Source: Candidatus Bipolaricaulota bacterium (GTDB lineage Bacteria > Bipolaricaulota > Bipolaricaulia > M55B111). Taken from it: a DNA stretch of 64,000 nt. Position 1 is the first letter of the stretch. Each line of letters starts with the position of its first letter. Positions 51,148 to 60,894 of the stretch are shown in pieces. The DNA lies in NCBI GenBank assembly GCA_018400715.1, contig JAGYME010000002.1, positions 21,374-85,373 on the forward strand, given 5' to 3'. The notes beneath the pieces were generated by a model. It ran no database searches, was not told the DNA's origin, and saw only the letters and a program-made list of their open reading frames with translations. The position numbers and the translations under genes were made by a program.

Positions 51148-51716
51148 CTATCCCCTCCTTCAAGGGGAAGTTTGAACACGGGAGTGTAAACGGGGCCGTG
51201 ACGCTTTAGTTCGCTTTCCATGAGTGTTAACTCGTTAACATCTACCCCCCAGACCTCTCCGGCGGAGAACGAATCGAGCTCCCGTCCCATGTCTTTTATC
51301 CTTCCGTCATTCTTCTCCTTGGTCCGTCCTAGTGTGACGTGAGGTATATAGTCTCTGTCCTCTGAGTCGAAACCAAGTCCCTCCATCTCTTCCTCCAGGT
51401 CGGAGTGTAGTTCGTGTATTTCCGCCGGCTCGGAACTGCTTCCCAGCCAGATAACTTTCGGGTAACCGGGGTCGGGAAACGCACCCAGCCTGTCGATTTT
51501 GATCATAAAGGCGGAGTTTCCCTCCACGGCGGAACTCGCCGCTTCTCTGATTTCTCCTACTCGTGACCGCTCTACCTCGCCCAGGAACTTGAGTGTTATG
51601 TGCAGGTTACCCGGCTCCACCCATTTTACATAGGCGGGTTGGTAGATGTCTTCGGAAAGTTCAGCCATCCGCTTCCTTATCTCTTCTGGGACCTCCAGAC
51701 AAAAGAAAGTACGCAT
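51144..51716 (-). CDS. thpR: 2H-phosphoesterase, RNA 2',3'-cyclic phosphodiesterase / 2'-5' RNA ligase (ThpR/LigT)
   Basis: Two HxTx motifs (HITLKF and HVTLGR). 190 aa. 4-nt overlap with the archease start. Confidence 0.88.
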   Translation of the reverse strand: MRTFFCLEVPEEIRKRMAELSEDIYQPAYVKWVEPGNLHITLKFLGEVERSRVGEIREAASSAVEGNSAFMIKIDRLGAFPDPGYPKVIWLGSSSEPAEIHELHSDLEEEMEGLGFDSEDRDYIPHVTLGRTKEKNDGRIKDMGRELDSFSAGEVWGVDVNELTLMESELKRHGPVYTPVFKLPLEGGDR

Positions 51717-51798
51717 TTATACCACCTTTTCCTTGGTTTGAAAACCGCGACTGTCGGTAATTACGGTAGAGAATTACGTCGATAGTTTCAACGTATCT

Positions 51799-52079
51799 GG
51801 GGATGGGGAATTGGTTCTTGTGTAGTACCATGCAGCCTGCATCGAAATTGCTTGCCTGGCGTTACCTGGACAGTTAACTCTGATCAAGCTACCTCCTGAC
51901 ACCCACAGAGGTCTACTTACCGCTGCTCCCTTCCAGGCCTGACGGGATTTGTAGACTTGTGCCGCAGAAGACTCAACCGTCAACACCACTTATCCAGGTC
52001 CAGTCCCAAACAACCAACTCCTCAGCAGGCATGTCAGCTCCACTATAGCGGGTTGAGGAAATGGGGACCGCTAGCCCCC
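51799..52079 (-). ncRNA. ffs: Signal recognition particle RNA, long form (~280 nt; ends approximate)
   Basis: The minus strand reads GUCAGGCCUGGAAGGGAGCAGCGGUAAG, the conserved helix-8 motif with a GGAA tetraloop. The flanks are extensively complementary (GUCUAC/GUAGAC, CCUGGA../..UCCAGG, CAUGCCUGC/GCAGGCUGCAUG), forming a long helix 5. Confidence 0.72.
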
Positions 52080-52091
52080 GCCTAGCATGGC

Positions 52092-52179
52092 TGGCGGAGG
52101 GGGTGGGATTTGAACCCACGGAACCTCTCGGTTCACCGGTACTCCAAACCGGCGGTTTTGGCCGCTCGCCCACCCCTCC
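52092..52179 (-). tRNA. tRNA-Ser (anticodon GGA), type II with long variable arm, CCA encoded
   Basis: Minus strand: GGAGGGG acceptor, anticodon arm CCGGU-UUGGAGU-ACCGG, variable hairpin GAACC-GAGA-GGUUC, T arm GUGGG-UUCAAAU-CCCAC, discriminator G and CCA. D-stem pairing is weak. Confidence 0.85.
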
Positions 52180-52263
52180 TTTCAATTTCCGTCTATAAAG
52201 GTTAAGTCAGAATACCCTCCCGTGCAAACCGTTTCCCTCGCTTACGGATGCCCTATCTCGTGA

Positions 52264-54534
52264 CTATTCCTTCTTCTCTACGTGGTTGCATGACTTGTTG
52301 CTGCAGACCAGAGTGTCCCCGTCGTCTACCAGGACACCATTGCCGCAGCTGGGGCAACGCTCTACCGGCCTCCGACCCGTGGTAAACTTGCAGTCCGGAT
52401 AGTTACTGCAGCCGTAGAAGACCTGCTTCTTTCTCCGGGAGTAACGCTCTACGAGTTCGCCGTCCTCACACCTCGGGCAGGTTACCCCGGTTGAGATGGA
52501 AGTGGTCTCGTCGCAATCCGGGTTGGTGCAGGCGTAGAACCTCCCGTATCTCCCGTGCTTTATTTCCATCTTGGACCCGCATTCCGGGCAGGTCTTCTCG
52601 CCCAGGCGTTTATCCTCTTCGCGGCGTTTCTCAAGTTCCTCCGCCAGGATTACCTTCCCGTTGCTAAACTTGAAGGAGATGTTTGCCGGCAAGCTCATCT
52701 TTTCCTCGCATTGAGGGTAAGAGGAGCATGAGAGATAAGGTGATCCCTTCCAGTACCGAATGTTCATATGGCCGTCGCATTTTGGACAGTCCACGTCAGT
52801 GGGAATTTCAAACCCGTTGTCCTCCGTTTCCAGTATCTCCTCAACCTTATCCAGTTCCTCCTTCAGCGGGCCGTAAAACCTGTTTAGAGTCTTCTCCTTT
52901 GTCGTCTCTCCGTCCTTGATCCGGTCTAGCGCGTCCTCCATTTTTGCCGTCAGGTTCGGTTCCACGATCTCGGGAAAGAACTCGTCAAGAAATTCGACGA
53001 CGATAAAGCCGAGGAGCGTGGGGACGAACGAGCCGTTCCGTTTCACGATGTAGTCACGGTTTTGAATAGTTGAAATTATGCTGGCATAGGTGCTCGGCCG
53101 GCCGATCCCTCCTTTTTCCAGTTTCTTGATCAACCCGGCTTCGCTGTACCGGTTGGGAGGTTTGGTAAAGTGCTGGCTGAGGTCAACGTCCTTCAAGTTG
53201 AGACCGTCCCCTTTGGAGATGTTACTCGGCAGATTTACGTCCTGGTCGCTCAACGGCTTGAGCTGTAACACCTTTAAAAAACCGTCGAAGATCAATTCGC
53301 TGCCGGACGTCCTGAACAGGTAGCCGTCGGTGGTCACTTCGATTTTCTTTCTCTTGTACCTGGCGTTACTCATCTGGGTTGCGACGAACCTCTCCCAGAT
53401 CAGCCTGTACAGCCGATACTGGTCCCGTGACAGGTAACTTCTTATCCCGTCCGGTTCTCTCTCAACCCCTGTCGGCCGGATAGCCTCGTGAGCGTCCTGG
53501 GCGCTGCTGTTCTTTCGAAAATAGCGTGTCTTGCCAGCAAGATAGCTCTCTCCGTACTTGCTTGAAATAAAATTCCGCAGGCTCGCGTTTGCCTCTTTCG
53601 CTACCCTGGTTGAGTCGGTCCTCATGTATGTGATCAGACCTTCGACTCCACCCTTTAACTCCACACCTTCGTACAGAGATTGAGCGACCCTCATCGTCTT
53701 GCTCGGGGTAAAATGTAAGACAGAGGAAGCCGTCCTCTGGAGTGTGGACGTGATAAACGGGGGTAGGGGAGACCTCGTCTTGGTCTTTTCCGTCAGGTCA
53801 CTGACGACGAAATCAGCCTCGTTGAGGTCCCCTTCGACCTGGTCTGCTTCTTCCTCGCTAGATATATCCGGTTTTTCGCCCTGAATCTTCTTGAGGTCAA
53901 GGGGGAATCCCCTGGAGGCCGACTCCTTGTACAGCTCTATTGCGACCTCCCAGTACTCCTCGGGTTCAAACCTTTCCCTCTCCTCTTCCCTGTCCACGAT
54001 GTACTTCAGTCCGACCGACTGGACCCGCCCCGCGCTCAACCCCTCGAAGCGACTCCCCGAAATGGACTTTGATAATAGGGGGCTAATAAGGTAGCCGACC
54101 AGCCGGTCCAAGATTCGGCGGGCCCGCTGTGCCTCCACCTTCTCGAGGTCAATTCTAGTAGGTCCCTCAATTGCCTGGTTTATGCTGTCCTTAGTTATCT
54201 GGTTGAAGACGATACGCTTGAACTTTCCGTTGGAACTTCCGTTTCCGTCTAACAGTTCGTAAAGGTCAAACGCAATCGCTTCACCCTCTCTGTCGTTATC
54301 CGTGGCCAGGTAGACCGTCTTGTCTCCTTCGGCCGCCTTTCTTAACTTCCCTACCAGTTTCTTTTGATTGACGACGAGAGTTGGTTTAAAGTCGTTTTCT
54401 ATCTCGACGCCGAGTTCCTTCTTCGGCAGGTCACGGACGTGGCCCTTTGATGAAAGCACCTCGTACCGCGAACCCAGGTACCTGTTTATTGTATTCGCCT
54501 TTGTTGGTGATTCTACAATGACTAAATCTTCCAT
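52264..54534 (-). CDS. topA: DNA topoisomerase I
   Basis: Toprim LVIVESPTKANTI, active-site GLITYMRTDS, and four C-terminal CxxC..CxxC zinc ribbons. Start taken at MEDLVIV (54534), preceded by GGAGGG; the ORF-track 54657 start adds 41 non-conserved residues. Confidence 0.95.
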   Translation of the reverse strand: MEDLVIVESPTKANTINRYLGSRYEVLSSKGHVRDLPKKELGVEIENDFKPTLVVNQKKLVGKLRKAAEGDKTVYLATDNDREGEAIAFDLYELLDGNGSSNGKFKRIVFNQITKDSINQAIEGPTRIDLEKVEAQRARRILDRLVGYLISPLLSKSISGSRFEGLSAGRVQSVGLKYIVDREEERERFEPEEYWEVAIELYKESASRGFPLDLKKIQGEKPDISSEEEADQVEGDLNEADFVVSDLTEKTKTRSPLPPFITSTLQRTASSVLHFTPSKTMRVAQSLYEGVELKGGVEGLITYMRTDSTRVAKEANASLRNFISSKYGESYLAGKTRYFRKNSSAQDAHEAIRPTGVEREPDGIRSYLSRDQYRLYRLIWERFVATQMSNARYKRKKIEVTTDGYLFRTSGSELIFDGFLKVLQLKPLSDQDVNLPSNISKGDGLNLKDVDLSQHFTKPPNRYSEAGLIKKLEKGGIGRPSTYASIISTIQNRDYIVKRNGSFVPTLLGFIVVEFLDEFFPEIVEPNLTAKMEDALDRIKDGETTKEKTLNRFYGPLKEELDKVEEILETEDNGFEIPTDVDCPKCDGHMNIRYWKGSPYLSCSSYPQCEEKMSLPANISFKFSNGKVILAEELEKRREEDKRLGEKTCPECGSKMEIKHGRYGRFYACTNPDCDETTSISTGVTCPRCEDGELVERYSRRKKQVFYGCSNYPDCKFTTGRRPVERCPSCGNGVLVDDGDTLVCSNKSCNHVEKKE

Positions 54535-54812
54535 TATTCCCTCCAGAACGGACGAAATTATATTTACAGGTTCCCCGTTTATCAATAGGAAACGAAAAAA
54601 CCGTGGATACCCCGATAAGTGGTTACGATCAATTTTACCGGTGGTTCGGGCCTTCACGGCGTTAATTAACCTAGGACCGCAATTTCCTTAACCGGGGCTA
54701 ACTAATTCATTAGGGAGGTTTATAGAGCCCCTGACCCGGGCTGGTTAGAATGTTTTTACTCTCGTGAGAGGTTCACGGAGGAAAAACCAAAATCTAACTG
54801 CGAGGTGTTAGA

Positions 54813-55397
54813 ATGATAATCCGCAGGATAAAAATCTTCTTTGTCGTAGCGGTCCTAGCGTTGTCTCTTACCGCTGTCGTGCAAGCTTCCGATGGGGATT
54901 CCCTGGTGATTAGCGAGGTGGCGTGGGCAGGGACGAAGGCAAGCTGGGCTGACGAGTGGATAGAGTTACGCAACCTCGGCGGGGAGGGCGTCGATCTGAC
55001 CGGGTGGACTCTCGTATGGGATGATGTGGTCGTCCACCTCGGATCCGAGGAGGGGAATACGGTTCAGGTAATCAACGAGTTCGTCCCCCCAGGTGGAGTC
55101 ATTCTGCTAGAGCGGACTGATGATGAAGCCGTGTCCACGGTGAACGCCGACCTCATTTTTAAAGGAAGCATCCCAAACACGGGGACTAAGTTGCAGCTGG
55201 TGGATCCAAGTGGGAAGATGGTCCACGTGGTGAATGCCCTGGACGGGTGGCCGGCAGGGGCCGCGAGCAACGGGGAGCCAAGTTACGCGTCGATGGAGTT
55301 GGTGGACGGTCGATGGGTTACTTCCGACCAGCCCGGACGGGAGAAGGACAAAGACGGAGGAAAAATATATGGAACGCCTGGAGGCCCGGTTGGTTGA
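54813..55397 (+). CDS. Secreted lamin-tail-domain (LTD) protein
   Basis: Signal peptide, then LVISEVAWAGT...DEWIELRNLGGEGVDLTGWTL, characteristic of the LTD fold. Confidence 0.7.
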   Translation: MIIRRIKIFFVVAVLALSLTAVVQASDGDSLVISEVAWAGTKASWADEWIELRNLGGEGVDLTGWTLVWDDVVVHLGSEEGNTVQVINEFVPPGGVILLERTDDEAVSTVNADLIFKGSIPNTGTKLQLVDPSGKMVHVVNALDGWPAGAASNGEPSYASMELVDGRWVTSDQPGREKDKDGGKIYGTPGGPVG

Positions 55398-55500
55398 TCT
55401 CCGAAGACAGGAGGTGCTCTGAATAGGCAAAAAACTCAACTAAGGAGGCTGAGGAAAGGGTTATCCCCGAACGATACTAGCTTCGGTGGGTAAACGAAAA

Positions 55501-55557
55501 TCAATCCACCGCGGACCGCGGATCAAGGTACGTAAGTCGCCATCCGGGGTGGATTGA
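55501..55557. terminator. Putative bidirectional terminator hairpin between the LTD gene and the sigma-factor gene
   Basis: Perfect 10-bp stem TCAATCCACC / GGTGGATTGA enclosing a 37-nt loop with an internal CCGCGG-A-CCGCGG. A-rich 5' flank and CCTTTCTT 3' flank. Confidence 0.4.
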
Positions 55558-55571
55558 CCTTTCTTCGACTG

Positions 55572-56438
55572 CTATGTGGGAATGGCCCTGAGGTACGAAC
55601 GGAGCTGTTTCTTAATTTCCGGACTCCTCAGTTTGTTAATTGCTTCTTTCTGTATCTGTCTGACCCGCTCCCTACTGATGCCGAATACCTTTCCGACCTC
55701 GTTCAGGGTCCGGGGGTGGTAGTCCTCAAGGCCGTATCGTAATTGGATGATCCTTCTTTCCCGATCCGTCAGTACCTCGTGTAGCAACTCTTCCAGATGG
55801 TCCTTAGTCAGCATCTGCAAGGATTCCTGTTCCGGGCCCGGCAGGTTGCTGTCTGCGAGAATATCTCCCAATACCCCGGCCTCTCCGTCTTCCTCTCCCA
55901 GAGGTTTATCCAAGGACGTAGTCCTCTGTGCGGTCTTTTGGGCCTTTCTGATCTTTTCAACGGGGACGTCCAGCTGTTCCGCGATCTCCTCGGCCGAGGG
56001 GTCGATACCGCGTTCGTGCATGTACTCCCGCTCGACCCTCTTCACGTCCCTGATGAGCTCGTTCATGTGAGCGGGGACTCTGATGGTCCGGGAACGGTTG
56101 GTAATTGCCCGGAGTATCGCCTGGCGGATCCACCACGTGGCGTAGGTGCTAAACTTGTAGCCCTTCCGCCAATCAAATTTTTCAACTGCTTTCATCAACC
56201 CGAGATTACCTTCCTGGATTAAGTCCAGAAAGGAGAGGCCGTAATTTCTGTACTTCTTGGCGATGCTGATAACCAGTCTAAGGTTGGCGGTGGCAAGCTC
56301 TTTTTTCGCTTGTGTGTCGTTTTCTTCTATTCTTTGCGCGAGTTCAGCTTCCTCTTCCCGGCTCAATAGAGGTCTTTCACCGATCTCGTCGAAATAGGCT
56401 CGGACTGGATTCTTCTTGTTCCTAAACTGGTAGGACAT
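55572..56438 (-). CDS. RNA polymerase sigma factor, RpoD/SigA family (288 aa, no region 1.1)
   Basis: Regions 1.2-4.2: DLIQEGNLGLMKAVEKFDWRKGYKFSTYATWWIRQAI (2.1-2.4) and TLNEVGKVFGISRERVRQIQKEAINKLR (4.2). Confidence 0.92.
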   Translation of the reverse strand: MSYQFRNKKNPVRAYFDEIGERPLLSREEEAELAQRIEENDTQAKKELATANLRLVISIAKKYRNYGLSFLDLIQEGNLGLMKAVEKFDWRKGYKFSTYATWWIRQAILRAITNRSRTIRVPAHMNELIRDVKRVEREYMHERGIDPSAEEIAEQLDVPVEKIRKAQKTAQRTTSLDKPLGEEDGEAGVLGDILADSNLPGPEQESLQMLTKDHLEELLHEVLTDRERRIIQLRYGLEDYHPRTLNEVGKVFGISRERVRQIQKEAINKLRSPEIKKQLRSYLRAIPT

Positions 56439-56718
56439 ATAACCCCCTTTTTGACAAGTGGAACTTGAATGGGCGTAGCGAAAACAGGAAAAGCAGGCTT
56501 ATAAAAGAATTTGTAAAGTTTCTTGGCCACTGAATAGGTGGTAAACTTGAGGATGGACCATCCGAGATAAGTATTTGCCAACCGAAAATTAAATAAGTTT
56601 CTGCCGGATAAAAAAGAATAGACCATATAAAATTATAAGTCCTGGTCACGGTATGTCAATATTAATATTTTGGACTTAGAATCGCGAAAAGTCAGATAGA
56701 GACAGGGTAAAATCTATA

Positions 56719-57666
56719 TTAGCTTCTAACAGAATTGAATACTCTATTCACCGTTTCAAGCTTCTCGCGGATACACTCCTCGCCACGGGACGAAGCCCTC
56801 TTGACCTGGTTGAAGTCGAGCCAATTCAGGTCGTCAACTTCAGGGTCCAGCGTTATTAGCCTCCCGGATAGCCTTCCGCGGGCGATAGCCTTCTTTGTCT
56901 TCAACAACTCTTCTTTTCTTATCTTACTCGTCCTGTTAAATATTGCTAGTGGACTGTCGCTTTTGTGCTCTGGGAGGTCCGCGCTGACGTCCACGGCAAT
57001 CACCGCGTCCGCGCCAAGTTGAACGGCCGGGAGGACCGGGACCGTGTCGACGACCCCGCCATCTACGAGTAGGAAGTCCTCCCACTTTACCGGAGGGATG
57101 AACCCCGGAATCGCGGAACTGGCTGCTGCGGCCCTGTAGACCTTTCCCTCCGTAAGAATTATTTCCGAACCGGTATGCAGGTCCGCAGCGACGGCGGCGT
57201 AGCTTATCGGGAGCTCTGCAATAGTAGAGTTCTTCGTCATTAACTTGAAGAAGGTGAAGAAACGGGCCAGCTTTACGGGGGTCTCGTCGGCCTCCTCGGA
57301 GCCCCAGTTTGATACTCCGATTCCCTTGACCAGTGTCCTGCCGATTATCTTCTCCAGCTCCCGCCTGCTCTCGCGAGATATCTGGAGGATCTGGTTGATG
57401 TCCAGTCGTTCCAGGACCTTAATCAGCCCTTCCACCTCTACCTGCCCAGCGGCAGCCGAGCCGATCACGGCTCCCATGCTAGTTCCGACGATCAGGTCGG
57501 GTTTAAGGTCCAACTCCTGGAGGACCTTTACCACTCCCAGATGGGCGAATCCCCTTGCCCCGCCCCCTCCCAGGACGAGGGCGACGTTCTGAACCTCACC
57601 ATCTCCCTCGGGACCGAGGGTTGGTAATTCGATCTCGTGCGTTATTGAACCTTCTATAGTCTCCAT
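56719..57666 (-). CDS. Patatin-like phospholipase
   Basis: LVLGGGGARGFAHLGV oxyanion motif, GTSMGA nucleophile elbow, VDGGVVDTVP catalytic Asp. Confidence 0.9.
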   Translation of the reverse strand: METIEGSITHEIELPTLGPEGDGEVQNVALVLGGGGARGFAHLGVVKVLQELDLKPDLIVGTSMGAVIGSAAAGQVEVEGLIKVLERLDINQILQISRESRRELEKIIGRTLVKGIGVSNWGSEEADETPVKLARFFTFFKLMTKNSTIAELPISYAAVAADLHTGSEIILTEGKVYRAAAASSAIPGFIPPVKWEDFLLVDGGVVDTVPVLPAVQLGADAVIAVDVSADLPEHKSDSPLAIFNRTSKIRKEELLKTKKAIARGRLSGRLITLDPEVDDLNWLDFNQVKRASSRGEECIREKLETVNRVFNSVRS

Positions 57667-57735
57667 ATTGGTTACCGCTTGTGTGTGAGTCCTTGCCCCA
57701 CCACGTTATTATATGACAACCTCTTACATAAGAAA

Positions 57736-57778
57736 ATAAAAAAACCCGTGGCGTCCTTCTTGCCGCCACGGGTTTTTG
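57736..57778 (-). terminator. Rho-independent terminator downstream of groEL
   Basis: ACCCGTGGCG / CGCCACGGGT 10-bp stem (57744-57773), flanked by an A7 run on the + strand (a T7 run on the minus strand) and TTTTT. Confidence 0.75.
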
Positions 57779-57806
57779 TGGTTTTACTCTTTCTTAATCT
57801 GGTCCC

Positions 57807-59477
<1,671 letters not shown>

Positions 59478-59492
59478 CTAGAGTTAATAGAG

Positions 59493-59768
59493 TTATTCAA
59501 TCTTGGCGAGAATGTTGTTCTCTTTGACTATCTTCATCTCGCGGCCGTCCATTTCGATTTCCGTCCCGGAAAAGCTGGACAAAATAACTGTATCTCCGAC
59601 ACCGACCTCGATCTTCTCATCTGTACCCACTGCCAGTACCTCTGCCTTGGTGTAGTTATCCTCTTCCCTGGCGCTGTCGGGTAAAACAATTCCTCCCTCG
59701 GTAACTTCCTCTTCCTCGACTTCGATCTTCTCGACGAGCACTCTTCTGCCTAATGGTTTAATATCCAT
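59493..59768 (-). CDS. groES: Co-chaperonin GroES
   Basis: MDIKPLGRRVLVEKIE...GGIVLPDSA. ATG at 59768 preceded by GAGGAGG; the ORF-track start at 59828 is upstream of the SD. Confidence 0.95.
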   Translation of the reverse strand: MDIKPLGRRVLVEKIEVEEEEVTEGGIVLPDSAREEDNYTKAEVLAVGTDEKIEVGVGDTVILSSFSGTEIEMDGREMKIVKENNILAKIE

Positions 59769-59828
59769 TGATACCTCCTCACTTGTTATTGTTATTGGTT
59801 GTTGAATTTTCTCGCATAACTCTAACAA

Positions 59829-59855
59829 TTAGCACTCTTGGATAGTGACTGCTAA
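59829..59855 (-). promoter_or_regulatory. CIRCE operator (HrcA binding site) of the groESL operon
   Basis: TTAGCACTC-N9-GACTGCTAA, one mismatch from the consensus inverted repeat TTAGCACTC-N9-GAGTGCTAA. It lies between the predicted promoter and groES. Confidence 0.8.
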
Positions 59856-59864
59856 ATCAACAAA

Positions 59865-59893
59865 AGTTTAACCAATCAACCCCCACCAGTCAA
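59865..59893 (-). promoter_or_regulatory. Putative sigma-70-type groESL promoter
   Basis: Minus strand TTGACT-17 nt-TAAACT, immediately upstream of CIRCE. Confidence 0.5.
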
Positions 59894-60012
59894 CCCCCAT
59901 TCAACGATTATTTAACTGAGATTTATGGTGACGGGAAACTTTTATACCTAGCGGGATAGAGTGCCCCGCCAGTGCCTTTGATTTTGGTTGTGATTGTGAT
60001 ATCATTCTAAGT

Positions 60013-60894
60013 ATGATAGGAGGTGTGATTTTGGACAACGAACAAGAATGTTGTTCTGTTATTTGGCTACAAGGCGCAACTTGCACCGGTTGCGCGATAT
60101 CTCTGATGAACTCCAATTATCCTAGATTATCCAACCTACTCCTTGACGAGGTCGTACCAGGGGGGTCAATTTCCCTGAAGTTTATGGCCACGTTGATGGG
60201 TGCAACCGGTGACCTTGCCCTTGAAGTGTTGAGCCGTGCTGAAGCGGAAGGCGATTACCTGGTGGTGATGGAAGGAGCCGTGCCGACGGGCGAAGACGGC
60301 AGGTATTGTATGGTAGGAGAAAAGTCCGTCGCTGACCAACTTTCCGAAGCTGCTCCCGGTGCTAGAGCGGTCGTAAGCGTGGGCACCTGTGCCGCGTACG
60401 GAGGGATTCCCGCTGGCGAGCCGAATCCAACTGAAGCGATTTCGGCGGCCGAACACCTCGAGACGGAGGGGATAGATACTCCCTGTCTGAACGTCCCCGG
60501 TTGTCCTCCCGAACCGAGCTGGTTCGTGGACAGCCTGGCGACGGTCATGTTGTTTGGCCTCCCCGGCCCCGAGGACCTGGACGACGTCGGGCGGTTGAAG
60601 TCCGTTTACGGAGAACTGATACACGATAACTGTCCCCGGCGCGCGGACTTCCAGAACGGCCACTACGCGCGTCATATCGGCGACGAGGGCTGTTTGGTCG
60701 AAGTTGGATGTAAGGGGCCTTATGTAAACGCGCCCTGCCCGAATAGAGGCTGGCATGAAGGTCTCAACTGGGCGATAAAAAACAATCATCCCTGTATTGG
60801 ATGTGTGGAGCCGGGTTTTCCCGACCTGATGGGACCGTTTTTTGAGAAATATGGCCCGGAGGAATCCGAGGAGATGTACAGGAGGCTAAAGTGA
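60013..60894 (+). CDS. [NiFe]-hydrogenase small subunit, cytoplasmic (no Tat signal)
   Basis: WLQGATCTGCAISL, GTCAAYGG, PGCPP, HDNCPRR, GCKGPYVNAPCP, HPCIGCVEPGFPD cluster-ligand motifs. GGAGGT at 60019-60024 suggests the real start may be TTG 60031. Confidence 0.92.
   Translation: MIGGVILDNEQECCSVIWLQGATCTGCAISLMNSNYPRLSNLLLDEVVPGGSISLKFMATLMGATGDLALEVLSRAEAEGDYLVVMEGAVPTGEDGRYCMVGEKSVADQLSEAAPGARAVVSVGTCAAYGGIPAGEPNPTEAISAAEHLETEGIDTPCLNVPGCPPEPSWFVDSLATVMLFGLPGPEDLDDVGRLKSVYGELIHDNCPRRADFQNGHYARHIGDEGCLVEVGCKGPYVNAPCPNRGWHEGLNWAIKNNHPCIGCVEPGFPDLMGPFFEKYGPEESEEMYRRLK

Noticed and set aside
51774-52185. Two overlapping minus-strand ORFs (71 and 70 aa).
   Set aside because: They are translations of the SRP RNA and tRNA-Ser genes. 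The RNA-level signatures explain the region better.
54535-54657. A 41-aa N-terminal extension of topA in the ORF track.
   Set aside because: The extension is non-conserved. The internal ATG at 54534 is preceded by a perfect GGAGGG SD and begins exactly at the Toprim motif.
60166-60789. A 207-aa ORF on the minus strand.
   Set aside because: It is antisense to the hydrogenase small subunit, has no motifs, and is a shadow ORF.
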